A DNA stretch of 64,000 nucleotides from Eledone cirrhosa (GCA_964016885.1 OZ024766.1:11036001-11100000); one strand, 5' to 3'. Shown: positions 38,561 to 49,550, counted from the first letter of the stretch. Numbers and translations: made by a program. The notes: a model not told the origin generated them from the letters alone.

Positions 38561-39252
38561 ATGTACATACACACACATACATATATACATATATATAATG
38601 TACATACACACACACAGGCAAGCAGACAGATAGATAGATAAATAGACAGGTAGCTAGATAGACAGATAGACAAACCAAGAGACAGTCAGTCAGACAGACA
38701 GACAGACAGATAGATAGACAGATAAACAGACAGACAGACATACATACAGACAGACAGACAGACAGGCTGACAGACAGACAGACAGACAGACAGACAGGCT
38801 GACAGACAGACAGACAGACAGAGAGACAGACAGACAGATAGATAGACAGATAAACAGATAGACAGTCAGTCAGACAGACATACATACAGACAGACAGACA
38901 GACAGGCTGACAGACAGGCTGACAGACAGACAGACAGACTGACAGATAGACAGACAGAGAGACAGACAGACAGAGGGACAGACAGACAGAGAGACAGACA
39001 GATAGACAGACAGAGAGACAGACAGACAAATTTCTGTTTATTTGCCACTAGGGCACAAAAGAAAGGGACATGTACATGGGTGGGGGGAGTTTACATAAAA
39101 ATCGAGTAAGAAAAATATAACAAACAAAATAATAACAAGAAGGTCCTCAATAGGGAGGGATCGTTTTGGGGTCACACACACCCCCGAAAAAAAGTGTGCG
39201 ACCCTTCTCCACGGGAGCACAAAGAGAGGGTGCTCCCTTCTTTCTGTTCCAC

Positions 39253-42200
39253 CTACAGGCTGAGGTAGAGAGAAGGCCCATTCACACGGGCCATTCTCGC
39301 AACTTTCACCCACCTTTCATAAAACTGGCTGGAGTGGAGCACCTCTCTCTCCATCCTGATCCTTCTTCCGAAATGGTATCGGAAGAAAAGGACCAGTTGT
39401 TGGCCGGAGAGAAAGGTGTCCGACCTCAGCCCTTTCAGACGCGTCCACCATATAGCCTCTTTTACCATGGCTATTACACAGAGGAAGACCGCCTCTCCTT
39501 CATTTTTGAAGGGGGGAGGTGGCTTGATCGTTACAATGGACTCGGTGGTCAACCTAATTGGTCCCACCCGTGACAGCAGTCGTTCGACATAGCCCCACAG
39601 ATCGGCAACGCCCGGGCAGTGCACCAATGCGTGCGCGACGGTTTCCTCGTCGCGCACGCATCTGGGACAGATCTTTTTCGAGGGGTCCCTACCCGGGCGC
39701 CCGTGTCTGTAGAGCTTATCCCGAACGGGCAGAGCCCCTCGGTAGCACTGCCAGGCCAAGGACTTCTGGAAGTTGTCCATAGGTCCCGGGCCGAAAGTCC
39801 TACCGAATAGACTGGCCAGTTCGTCCTCCTCCATGCCTAGGGCTTCTCCGAGGGCGTCGTCGCACCCGCTAACCACCAGCCCTCTATAGAATGACGAGGT
39901 GGAGTCTCCGTCGATAGCCGGGTCCGCCTGCCAGAGAGCCGTGAGCGCCTGGGCACACTCGGTGTGCCAGTCGCCCAGTTTTCTCGGTCTTTGCTTCACC
40001 CAGGACTGCAGCTCGGTGAGCGAGACGAGCCTCGGGAAGGCTCGCCTCACAAACGGGGCCCACACCGGTTGACCGGTGAGGAATACGTGGAGGTGCCTTA
40101 GCCTCAATGCGTGTTTACGCATTTTTAGCCACGGCATCCCCAGCCCTCCTTTCAAAGGGTGTTGACAGCAGATGGATCTCCTCACCAGAGGAGACCTCTT
40201 CTTCCAAAGGAAATAAAAGAGGGCGCGCTCCATTTTGGCGAGGATCTCACCCGGGCAAGGCACGACAGTCAAGCGGTAATAGATGACGGACGCTATGTAA
40301 GCATTCGCCACCTCCGCCCGACCTTTTAGGGATAGTTTGCACTCGGCCCACTTCTGGGTCAGTGCAAACACCCTATTCGTCACCTCACCCCAGTTTTTCT
40401 CCACCTGGAGGTCCGGTCCGAACCAGACCCCAAGCAACTTCACCGGGCCCTCCGTCCACCGTCCGACGATACCGTCGCACGACATCGCTTTGCCCCTCCA
40501 CTCGCCGAGTTGCAAAGCGACTGACTTGTCCCGGTTCAGCTTAGCCCCTGTCAACCTTTCGTACTCCTCTAGTAAGGTGCCGATTGCCTCGATTTCCGAG
40601 GCGGTCGACACCATTACTGTTACGTCATCGGCGTAGGCCGACACCGCTTTGCGCAATCCCGGTTCCAAAGGGATGCCCTGCAACAACTCCAACTTCCGCA
40701 GTAATGGCTCGAGAGTCAACACATACAGAAGGGAGGAGAGAGGGCACCCCTGTCGGATGGAGCGGGTGATTTCGAACGGCTCCGAAAGGTAGCCGTTCAC
40801 CTTGACTCTAGAGCAGATGCGGCTGCTGTGCATGGCAGTGATCCAGCCCCTGAAAACGGGTCCGAACCCAGCCGCCGCTAGCACCGCATCCAGGTAACCA
40901 TGGTCCACTCTATCGAACGCTTTAGACTGATCTAAATTTATCAGGGCCCCACCAAAGCCGGGTTCGTTCCCAACCCTCTCTATGATGTATCGCATGAGGT
41001 GGAGGTTGTCGTGGATGGACCTGGACGGGATAGCGCATGTCTGCGCATCTCCCACCAGTCCCCCCACGACAAGCGCCAACCTCTTCGCTAACACCTTCGC
41101 CAAAATCTTTAACTCTGCATTTAGCAGAGTTATGGGCCTAAAATTACTAATGTCATCCCCCTTGTTCTCGTCCTTCCTCACTAGCGAGACTACGCCCTTG
41201 GTCACAGAACAGGGAATTCTCCCGTTCTGTTGCCAGTTGCAGTAGACCGCCTCGAGGAGATCGGGGAACAAGTCCGGCATATTAATATATAGTTCGTAGG
41301 GCAGACCATCGAGTCCTGGAGATTTGCGTTTGCCGCATAGGCTCAGCACGTCCCCTATTTCAGCAGCTGAGATCGGCCCGTCGCAGGACCTCGCCTCCCT
41401 GTCCGAAAGACGCGGCAGGCCGTCGAGGTATGGACCGAAATCCACATCTCCAACCGGCTCCCCGCCCCTCCCGAACAATTCGGCAAAGTGCCTTTGAAAG
41501 GCCTCGCACATTTGCTTAGGTTCAAGGATCAGCCGTCCATCCTGGTCTCGCAAAGACCGGATAGTGGATTTAATCCCACTTTTCGCTTCTGTCACGCGGG
41601 CCCAGCTAACAGCTTTGGTCCCCTCGTTTCCCAGAGCACGTATTTTGCTTCGGACAACGCAGCCTTCGTGTTTCGCGTCGAAGAACTGGTTCAAGACCGT
41701 TCTCGACGCTTGCACTCTGGCCACGTTGCCGCTTCTCATTGCCTCTTCAACATTAACTACCAACTCCCTTTCCTTCCTATTTCTATCTGAGGCTAACTCC
41801 TTACTAACTCCTATTGAAACTACTCTAATCTCTCTTTTTAGAGAGCCCCACCACCTGTTGTTGACGATGGCGCCCGTCAACTGCTCCTTAACTAAGGTTC
41901 TAATCCGGTCCCTGTAAGCTCTACTTGCCGGTAAGGACAAGTTGAGCTTCCAGTAACCGGGCCCCTGCCTATGCGTTCTATCAAGGTGGACTACGCAGGT
42001 CACTAACTTGTGGTCTGAATAGCCCACCATGAGCATTTCTGGACAACTTAAAAAGTCCCTATCCTTAATTCTAACTAAGAACCTATCTAGGTACGATCTA
42101 GATTGACCACTGTTATTTGACCAGGTCCAGGTTGGTACAGTCGGAAAATCTAGTCGGTATCTATCGGCCAGGTCGAATCGGCCGATTAACCCCTTAAGGC

Positions 42201-42690
42201 TGTTACACCCCCCTCTATCGGGACATGCCCCTACATAGTCCCAACGTGCATCTAGGATACCATTCCAGTCCCCCACTAAAAGCAAGGAGCGGGACGTCCC
42301 TAGAAAAGTCTCCAGACGATGGAAGAAGTCCGACCGCATTGCCCCAAAAGGGGCGTATACGGCGACAAGCCTAAAAGCTTCGCCTTCGCCATTGCCAAGG
42401 TCCAGAACCACGAGTCGACCCTCCGGGTCCAAGTGTACCGTCTGTGTAGCGAGACCCAGATGTTTTTGCAGCAGAACGACAACCCCACCCCCACCTCCGG
42501 GCTGACAGAGAGATGCGTGCATCTCAAAGTCATCAAAGGTGGGGGTTAGCTGTCGCATGCTGCTGATCCGGGCCTCGCAAATAACCATCACATTTACACA
42601 TTGTGACCTGAGGTCACTTAGAAGTTTAGCTTGCTTCCAAGGTGAGCCCAGGCCACGCGCATTTAGACAACCCACTCTTAAGACAGCCAT
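39253..42690 (-). CDS. Tx1 ORF2p: APE endonuclease + reverse transcriptase + C-terminal zinc finger
   Basis: 1145 aa with LNARGL, GDWN, YLDRF, SDH (APE); KSPGLDG, FRPITLLN, QGCPLS, YADD (RT); CPRC..ETVAHALVHC. Confidence 0.95.
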   Translation of the reverse strand: MAVLRVGCLNARGLGSPWKQAKLLSDLRSQCVNVMVICEARISSMRQLTPTFDDFEMHASLCQPGGGGGVVVLLQKHLGLATQTVHLDPEGRLVVLDLGNGEGEAFRLVAVYAPFGAMRSDFFHRLETFLGTSRSLLLVGDWNGILDARWDYVGACPDRGGCNSLKGLIGRFDLADRYRLDFPTVPTWTWSNNSGQSRSYLDRFLVRIKDRDFLSCPEMLMVGYSDHKLVTCVVHLDRTHRQGPGYWKLNLSLPASRAYRDRIRTLVKEQLTGAIVNNRWWGSLKREIRVVSIGVSKELASDRNRKERELVVNVEEAMRSGNVARVQASRTVLNQFFDAKHEGCVVRSKIRALGNEGTKAVSWARVTEAKSGIKSTIRSLRDQDGRLILEPKQMCEAFQRHFAELFGRGGEPVGDVDFGPYLDGLPRLSDREARSCDGPISAAEIGDVLSLCGKRKSPGLDGLPYELYINMPDLFPDLLEAVYCNWQQNGRIPCSVTKGVVSLVRKDENKGDDISNFRPITLLNAELKILAKVLAKRLALVVGGLVGDAQTCAIPSRSIHDNLHLMRYIIERVGNEPGFGGALINLDQSKAFDRVDHGYLDAVLAAAGFGPVFRGWITAMHSSRICSRVKVNGYLSEPFEITRSIRQGCPLSSLLYVLTLEPLLRKLELLQGIPLEPGLRKAVSAYADDVTVMVSTASEIEAIGTLLEEYERLTGAKLNRDKSVALQLGEWRGKAMSCDGIVGRWTEGPVKLLGVWFGPDLQVEKNWGEVTNRVFALTQKWAECKLSLKGRAEVANAYIASVIYYRLTVVPCPGEILAKMERALFYFLWKKRSPLVRRSICCQHPLKGGLGMPWLKMRKHALRLRHLHVFLTGQPVWAPFVRRAFPRLVSLTELQSWVKQRPRKLGDWHTECAQALTALWQADPAIDGDSTSSFYRGLVVSGCDDALGEALGMEEDELASLFGRTFGPGPMDNFQKSLAWQCYRGALPVRDKLYRHGRPGRDPSKKICPRCVRDEETVAHALVHCPGVADLWGYVERLLSRVGPIRLTTESIVTIKPPPPFKNEGEAVFLCVIAMVKEAIWWTRLKGLRSDTFLSGQQLVLFFRYHFGRRIRMEREVLHSSQFYERWVKVARMARVNGPSLYLSL

Positions 42691-42713
42691 GTTGGTGGCA
42701 AAGAAAGAGGCAC

Positions 42714-44471
42714 TTACCTCTCTGCGTCCCGGGGTTCGGGTCGCTCAGTTTCCATGGGGCTGGTGGCGGGGTTGATGGGTGGGGTGGTGGTTTGTGGTGG
42801 TGTGGGGGTATTGGTGTGTGGAGGGGTTGGGATCTTTGGAGTTGTGTGGGTGTTTGAGGAGGGGAGGGGAAAACCTTTCAGGAGGACGCGGTTGAGTGGC
42901 CTGGTGCAGGGTGGGCCCACGTCCTCAGGGTACATGTCTTTTAAAGTTTTAAAAATGTCAAGTGGGATTTTCACCATTTTCAGGTTAGGGAGCCCCATTG
43001 CCGTTACGAAATTCGGCCCTTCGGTTTGTATCGAAGGGTTGGTTTCTATTTTTAAAGTTAGGTTTTCATTGTTTTTGTTTATGTATGTGTAGAGTTTTTG
43101 TGTTGTTGTGTTTGTTTTTGCTTGTTGTTGTTGAGTGAGTTTGCGTTTTATTGTCTGTGTTGTGTTGTCAGGTGGGGTTATTTTTGTTGTTGTGGTGTGT
43201 GTACGTTTTTTTCTTTTCACTTTTTGGAAGGGAGCCCCCTCGTCTTCCGACGATATGAGCTCCTCTTCCGTATTGGAGGGGAGGGGTATATCTCCGGGTT
43301 GTGTATGAACTGTTTTTGTATTTGTGTTCTGTGGGGTGGGGCTGGGTGGGACCGTGTTTTGGGTTGTTTTCTTGAGCTGTTGTTGATGTTGTTGTTGTTG
43401 TGGTGGTGGTGGTGGTGTTGTTGTTGGTTTTTGTTGTTCTGGTGGTGATGGTAGTGTATTTTGTTGTTTTTGTGATGGTGGTGCTGGTTGTTTTTGTTGT
43501 TGTTGTGGTGTTTGTAGCAGTGGTTTTTTTGTTGTTAGTAGAGGGCAGGCCGTCCTCAGGTGACCTCTGCCAGCGCAGTGGTAACATGAGGGTCTCCTGC
43601 CTTCCACTGTGATATTTATGTAGGTTCGCCCATCCAGTAGCACTCGGTCGGGTATTCCGGAGATTCTCTCAGGTGTCATCTGTAAGAGAACCTCCAGACT
43701 TTTCCCCCCGAACAGTCCACTGGTGGACTCCCCTGCTGAAATTAGTATGTCCTTATCTAGGTCGGTAAATCCTGTTAGGACGGACCAGATGTTAATTTCT
43801 GGCGTAGGGCTCCACATTCTTATCCTTTGTGTTCTTCTTCCTTTATATGTGGGGAAGAAGGTGTATTGTGGTGACACTATAGGTGCCACCGAATATTTCT
43901 GAGCCAGCATTTCGTCCTTCATTCGGACCATAATGCTGGCATACAGCTTTCCTCTTTGAATAAAGAGTATGTCATTTTTAATTTCTTTCAGAACCAGCTC
44001 GATTTGACTTTCGGTCAATTGCGCTGGCTTTCTCGTTTCGTTGGTTATGGTTCTGAAGCTTACGGTATTCTTGTAAATCTGTTCACGCACTTCTTCTGGG
44101 GAGTTGATCGTAAAAGAACCATCCACCCCAAAAGATACGTATTTTCTAGCCTCTAGCAAATTTTCCTTGGCGTTCGTGATGTCAATGGCTTTGTACTCCG
44201 TGGCTCTCTTGAGTGTTTGGGCAAAAGAAATTTTGTCTTTGTTTGTTGTTGTAATGTTGTTGGTTTCCTTATTTGTGGTGTTATTTTTTTCTTGAAAATT
44301 AATTTTTTCATTTGAATTGAAATTCTTTTTTTCATTGGAGAGGAGGGGTTGTTCAACAGTTTGAACTGTTGTTCCCTCTTTCCCGCTTGTTTTTTTGGTC
44401 GGCGTGGCGTTCGCTTCCAATATGGCGATATCGTTTTCGACGATATCGTTATCAACGATATCGATAAACAT
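42714..44471 (-). CDS. Tx1 ORF1p, gag-like nucleic-acid-binding protein with CCHC zinc knuckle
   Basis: 585 aa with CYHCAGRGHLRTAC knuckle followed by a Q/T/P-rich tail; sits directly upstream of ORF2. Confidence 0.85.
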   Translation of the reverse strand: MFIDIVDNDIVENDIAILEANATPTKKTSGKEGTTVQTVEQPLLSNEKKNFNSNEKINFQEKNNTTNKETNNITTTNKDKISFAQTLKRATEYKAIDITNAKENLLEARKYVSFGVDGSFTINSPEEVREQIYKNTVSFRTITNETRKPAQLTESQIELVLKEIKNDILFIQRGKLYASIMVRMKDEMLAQKYSVAPIVSPQYTFFPTYKGRRTQRIRMWSPTPEINIWSVLTGFTDLDKDILISAGESTSGLFGGKSLEVLLQMTPERISGIPDRVLLDGRTYINITVEGRRPSCYHCAGRGHLRTACPLLTTKKPLLQTPQQQQKQPAPPSQKQQNTLPSPPEQQKPTTTPPPPPQQQQHQQQLKKTTQNTVPPSPTPQNTNTKTVHTQPGDIPLPSNTEEELISSEDEGAPFQKVKRKKRTHTTTTKITPPDNTTQTIKRKLTQQQQAKTNTTTQKLYTYINKNNENLTLKIETNPSIQTEGPNFVTAMGLPNLKMVKIPLDIFKTLKDMYPEDVGPPCTRPLNRVLLKGFPLPSSNTHTTPKIPTPPHTNTPTPPQTTTPPINPATSPMETERPEPRDAER

Positions 44472-44715
44472 TTCTCAAATATTTATTTTTCACCCCAAAA
44501 GGGGTGAAAATATATTTACCCGACGTCTAGAGTCCCAGACTAGGGGTTACAGTTAATTATACAAAATAATTCAAAAAAATCCACTCACAAAATTAGCAGG
44601 TAAAAATCCAAATCACAGAGCGATATGACACACGTCTACTATCCTCAGACAGAGAGACAGACAGACAGATAGAAAGACAGACAGACAGATAGATAGATAG
44701 ACAGATAAACAGATA

Positions 44716-47700
44716 GATTTCTTTATTTACCATAAAGGCATAAAAAGAAGGGACAAATACAAAGGGGGAGTTTACATATAATCGAGTAAAAAGGGTGTAA
44801 CATGAAAATAATCGAAAATAACCTCAAAAGGGAGGGGACGTGATGGGGGTTGCACACACCCCCGAAAAAGTGTGCAATCCTTTGCCCGGGGAGCACATGG
44901 AGAAGGTGTTCCCCTCTCCTTTACTTCTTTACCTACAGGATGGTATACAGAGAAGGCCCATTTACACGAGCCATTCTCGCCACTATCACCCACCTTTCAT
45001 AAAACTGCCTGTGGCCAAGCACCTCTCTCTCCATTCTTATCCTTCTTCCGAAGTGATATTGGAAGAAGTAGACCAGACTATGGCCAGAGAGGAAGTTGCC
45101 TGACCTCAGACCTTTCAATCGTGTCCACCAAACAACCTCTTTCAACATGGCTATTACGCACAGAAAAACCGCCTTTGCTTCCTTTGTGAAGAGGGGAGGC
45201 GGTTTGATTGTCATCACGGACTCGGCGGTCAATTTAATCGGCGCCACCCGCGACAGCAGTTGTTCGGCGTAGCCCCACAGATCAGCCACGCCCGGACATT
45301 GCACCAATGCGTGCGCCACGGTTTCTTCGTGACGCACGCATCTAGGGCAAATCTTTTTTGAGGGATCCCTGCCCGGGCGCCCGTGTCTGTAGAGCCTCTC
45401 TCGAACGGGTAGAGCCCCTCGGTAGCACTGCCAGGCCAGTGACTTCTGGAAGTTGTCCATTGGTCCTGGGCCGAAAGTCCTACCGAACAGGCTGGCCAGT
45501 TCGTCTTCTTCCATGTCCAGCGACTCTCCAAGGGTGTCATCGCCCCTGCTAGCCACCAGCCCTCTATAGAATGATGAGGTGGATTCTCCACCGATGGCCC
45601 GGCCCGCTTGCCAGAGAGCCCTGAGCGCCTGAGCACACTCAGTGTGCCAGTCTCCCAGTTTTCCGGATCTTTGCTTGACCCAGGACTGTAGCTCGGTGAG
45701 TGAGACGAGTCTCGGAAAGGCTCGTTTCACGAACGGAGCCCACACCGGTTGACCAGTGAGGAATACCTGTAGGTGCCGTAGCCTTAATGCGTGCCTACGC
45801 ATCATCAACCACGGCATCCCCAGCCCTCCTTTCGAAGGTTGTTGGCAGCAGATGGATCTTCTCACCATAGGAGGACGCTTCTTCCAAAGAAATTGGAAGA
45901 GCATGCGTTCCATGGTGGTGAGTGTTTCCTTAGGGCAAGGCACGACAGTCAGGCGGTAGTAAGTGACGGACGCTATGTAAATGTTCGCCACCTCCGCCCG
46001 GCCTTTTAGGGACAGCTTACACTTGGCCCATTTCTGGGTTAGTGCAAACACCTTGTTCGTAACCTCGTTCCAGTTCTTTTCCACCTGGAGGTCCGGTCCA
46101 AACCAGACCCCAAGCAACTTTACCGGGCCCTCCGTCCAGTGTCCGACGACACCGTCAGGAGGCATCGGTTTGCCTCTCCACGTTCCGAGTTGCAGCCCGA
46201 TGGATTTTTCCCGGTTCAGTTTCGCTCCTGACAACCTTTCGTACTCCTCCAGTAAGGTACCGATCGCCTCGATCTCCGAGTCGGTTGATACCATTACTGT
46301 TACGTCATCGGCGTAGGCCGACACCGCTTTGCTCAATCCTGGTTCCAGGGGGATACCCTGCAACAACTCCAACTTCCTCAGTAAAGGCTCGAGAGTCAAT
46401 ACGTACAGAAGGGAGGAGAGAGGGCACCCCTGTCGAATGGATCGTGTGATTTCGAACGGCTTCGAAAGGTAGCCGTTCACCTTGATCCTAGAACAGATGT
46501 GGTTGCTATGTAGGGCAGTGATCCAGCCTCTGAAAACAGGACCGAACCCAGCCGCCGCTAGCACCGCCTCCAGGTAACCATGGTCGACCCTATCGAAGGC
46601 CTTAGACTGATCCAAGTTGATCAGGGCCCCACCGAAGCCGGGTTTGTTGCCAACCCTCTCTATGATGTATCGCATGAGGTGGAGGTTATCGTGAATGGAC
46701 CTGGATGGGATAGCACATGTCTGCGCATCTCCCACCAGGCCACCCACGACAAGCGCCAACCTCTTTGCTAACACCTTGGCCAAAATCTTTAACTCTGTGT
46801 TTAGCAGGGTTATGGGCCGAAAATTATTTATACTATCCCCCTTGTTCTCGTCCTTCCTCACCAGCGTGACTACGCCCTTGGCTACAGAACAAGGAATTCT
46901 CCCGTTCTGCTGCCAATTGCAGTAGACCGCTTCGAGGAGTTCGGAGAAGAAGACCGGCATTGCTAAATAAAGTTCGTAAGGTATACCATCGAGACCTGGA
47001 GATTTGCGTCTGCTGCATTGGCTCAGCGCATCTCCGATCTCATCAGCCGAGATTGGTCCCTCGCAGGACTCTGCCTCTTTGTTCGAGAGACGCGGCAGGC
47101 CGTCGAGGTATGGACCGAAATCCACGCCCCGGCCCGGACCCTCGCCTCCCCCGAACAATCGGGCAAAGTGCTTTTGAAAGGCCTCGCACATCTGCTTAGG
47201 CTCCCGGATCACTCGTCCATCTTCGTCTTGCAACGACCGGATGGTGGATCGATTTCCACTTTTAGCTTCTGTCACGCGGGCCCATCCAACGGCTTTGGCC
47301 CCCTCATTACCTAGAGCACGTATTTTACTTCGAATGACGCAGCCTTCATGCTTTGCATCGAAAAACTGGTTCAAGGCCGTCCTCGATGCCAGCACTCTGG
47401 CCACATCTTCGCTCTTGATTGCCTCTTCTAATTTACCTGTTAATTCTTTCTCGTTTCTATTCCTATTGGCAGCTAACATCTTGCTATAACTTATTGATTC
47501 TGTTCTAATCTCTCTTTTGAGAGATGCCCACCATCGGTTGTTGACGATTGCACCCGTCAACCTCTCCTTAACTAATCTGCTAATCCGGTTTCTGTAAGTC
47601 TCTTTTGCCGGTAAAGACAAATTAAGTTTCCAGTAACCGGGACCCTGTCTATGTGTTTTCTCGAGATTGACCACGCAGGTCACTAATTTGTGATCCGTGT

Positions 47701-48517
47701 AGCCAACCGTGCGCATTTCTGGACAGCTTAATATGTCCCTATCCTTACTTCTAACTAAGAATCTATCTAAGTACGATCTAGATTGACCACTGTGGTTTCT
47801 CCAAGTCCAGGTAGGCACAGTTGGAAAATCTAGTCGATATCTATCGACCAAGTTAAAACGGTCGAGTAACCCCTTGAGGCTGTTACACCCCCCTCTATTA
47901 GGACATGCTCCTGCATAGTCCCAACGTGCATCTAGGATGTCATTCCAATCCCCCGCTAGAAGCAGGGAACGCGACGTTCCCAGAAAAGTCTCCAAACGCT
48001 GGAAGAAGTCGGGCCGTTCAGCTCCGAAAGGGGAGTAGACGGCGACCAGTCTCAAGGCCGCACTTTCACTACTGCCAACGTCTAGCACCAACAAACGACC
48101 CTCCGGGTCCGAGTGCACAACCTGTACGGCAAGACCCAGGTGTTTTTGCAGCAGCACGACAACCCCACCCCCACCTCCAGGTTGACAGAGAGATGCATGC
48201 ACCTCAAAGTCATCGAAGGTGGGGGCCAGCTGCCGCATGACGCTGATTCGAGTCTCACAGATAACCATTACATTTATACTACATGACCTGAGGTCATTTA
48301 GAAGCTTTGCTTGCTTCCAAGTTGAGCCCAGGCCACGTGCATTCAAACATCCTACTCTTAACACATCCATGTGGGCGGCAGAGCCAAAGGAGAGTGTAGA
48401 GACCTACCTTTCCGCTTCCCGGGGTTCGGGTTGCACGACTTCCATGGGGTCGGGGGTGTTGGGTGAAGGGGTGTCTTGTGGTGGTGTGGGGTCGTCGGTG
48501 TGTGGTGGGGTTGGGGT
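44716..48517 (-). mobile_element. Second Tx1-type element, 5'-truncated in the end of ORF1, head-to-tail with the first
   Basis: Related but diverged ORF2 and 3'UTR. 20-nt flanks GATAGACAGATAAA(C/T)AGATA at 44696-44715 and 48518-48537 differ by one base. Confidence 0.9.
44933..48370 (-). CDS. Tx1 ORF2p (intact, 1145 aa): APE + RT + zinc finger
   Basis: Same motifs as 39253-42690, with no stops. Confidence 0.95.
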   Translation of the reverse strand: MDVLRVGCLNARGLGSTWKQAKLLNDLRSCSINVMVICETRISVMRQLAPTFDDFEVHASLCQPGGGGGVVVLLQKHLGLAVQVVHSDPEGRLLVLDVGSSESAALRLVAVYSPFGAERPDFFQRLETFLGTSRSLLLAGDWNDILDARWDYAGACPNRGGCNSLKGLLDRFNLVDRYRLDFPTVPTWTWRNHSGQSRSYLDRFLVRSKDRDILSCPEMRTVGYTDHKLVTCVVNLEKTHRQGPGYWKLNLSLPAKETYRNRISRLVKERLTGAIVNNRWWASLKREIRTESISYSKMLAANRNRNEKELTGKLEEAIKSEDVARVLASRTALNQFFDAKHEGCVIRSKIRALGNEGAKAVGWARVTEAKSGNRSTIRSLQDEDGRVIREPKQMCEAFQKHFARLFGGGEGPGRGVDFGPYLDGLPRLSNKEAESCEGPISADEIGDALSQCSRRKSPGLDGIPYELYLAMPVFFSELLEAVYCNWQQNGRIPCSVAKGVVTLVRKDENKGDSINNFRPITLLNTELKILAKVLAKRLALVVGGLVGDAQTCAIPSRSIHDNLHLMRYIIERVGNKPGFGGALINLDQSKAFDRVDHGYLEAVLAAAGFGPVFRGWITALHSNHICSRIKVNGYLSKPFEITRSIRQGCPLSSLLYVLTLEPLLRKLELLQGIPLEPGLSKAVSAYADDVTVMVSTDSEIEAIGTLLEEYERLSGAKLNREKSIGLQLGTWRGKPMPPDGVVGHWTEGPVKLLGVWFGPDLQVEKNWNEVTNKVFALTQKWAKCKLSLKGRAEVANIYIASVTYYRLTVVPCPKETLTTMERMLFQFLWKKRPPMVRRSICCQQPSKGGLGMPWLMMRRHALRLRHLQVFLTGQPVWAPFVKRAFPRLVSLTELQSWVKQRSGKLGDWHTECAQALRALWQAGRAIGGESTSSFYRGLVASRGDDTLGESLDMEEDELASLFGRTFGPGPMDNFQKSLAWQCYRGALPVRERLYRHGRPGRDPSKKICPRCVRHEETVAHALVQCPGVADLWGYAEQLLSRVAPIKLTAESVMTIKPPPLFTKEAKAVFLCVIAMLKEVVWWTRLKGLRSGNFLSGHSLVYFFQYHFGRRIRMEREVLGHRQFYERWVIVARMARVNGPSLYTIL

Positions 48518-48540
48518 GATAGACAGATAAATAGATATCT

Positions 48541-48736
48541 TTCTTTATTAGAGTTTCTACTTTTGGCACAAGGCCAACAGTTACCCCAGTGTATTACTGG
48601 TACTATATTTTATCGACCCGCATAAGGATGAAAAGCAAAGTTAACCTCAAAGTTGAACTCAGAACACAAAGGGCCGTAACTCTATGTTACAAAGCATGGT
48701 GTCTGACGCTCTACCGATTCTGCCAAATCACCGTCC
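48541..48736 (-). mobile_element. SINE family B copy in GATA/GACA tract
   Basis: Family B body ending TAATAAAGAAA. Confidence 0.75.
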
Positions 48737-48835
48737 TGAGATGGATAGATAAATAGATAGACAGAGGGACAGTCAGGCAGGCAGACAAACAGACAGATAG
48801 ATGTATAAGAAACATGGTTGGTTGGTTAGACTTAC

Positions 48836-48994
48836 ATGAGTACTGCTTCCTTGGGTCTCCCTGCCTTGATGAAACCCACCTCAGCCTCAGTTATTTTACC
48901 CTCATCTTCCAGGTACATCGCTTGCTTCAGGTGAATACTCGGTAGTTTCTCTTTCAAACCAACATGGGCCAAATCAAAGGCAAAGTCAAACACA
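48836..48994 (-). CDS. IFT172: IFT172 exon: [52 protein letters not shown](M)
   Basis: tttCAG acceptor, GTAAG donor, 159 nt phase 2/2. Matches '[33 protein letters not shown]'. Confidence 0.93.
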
Positions 48995-49044
48995 CTGAAA
49001 TAGTGATTGATTTTTACAAATTGATACATTGATACATTGATATA

Positions 49045-49550
49045 TATATATATATTTTACATCTTATATATTTTACATCTTATATATTTTACATCTTATA
49101 TATTTTACATCTTATATATATTACATCTTATATATTTTACATCTTATATATTTTACATCTTATATATTTTACATCTTATATATATTACATCTTATATATT
49201 TTACATCTTATATATTTTACATCTTATATATATTATATCTTATATATTTTACATCTTATATATTTTACATCTTATATATTTTACATCTTATATATTTTAC
49301 ATCTTATATATATTACATCTTATATATATTACATCTTATATATTTTACATCTTATATATTTTACATCTTATATATATTACATCTTATATATATTACATCT
49401 TATATATTTTACATCTTATATATTTTACATCTTATATATTTTACATCTTATATATATTACATCTTATATATATTACATCTTATATATTTTACATCTTATA
49501 TATTTTACATCTTATATATTTTACATCTTATATATTTTACATCTTATATA
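49045..49550. repeat. 17-bp minisatellite
   Basis: atattttacatcttata repeated. Confidence 0.9.

Larger units (their letters stand above)
39029..44645 (-). mobile_element. Full-length Tx1-type (L1 clade) non-LTR retrotransposon
   Basis: Short 5'UTR, ORF1 and ORF2 both open, 3'UTR ending AATAAAcagaaat. Identical 22-nt flanks CAGACAGAGAGACAGACAGACA at 39007-39028 and 44646-44667 (TSD). Confidence 0.92.
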
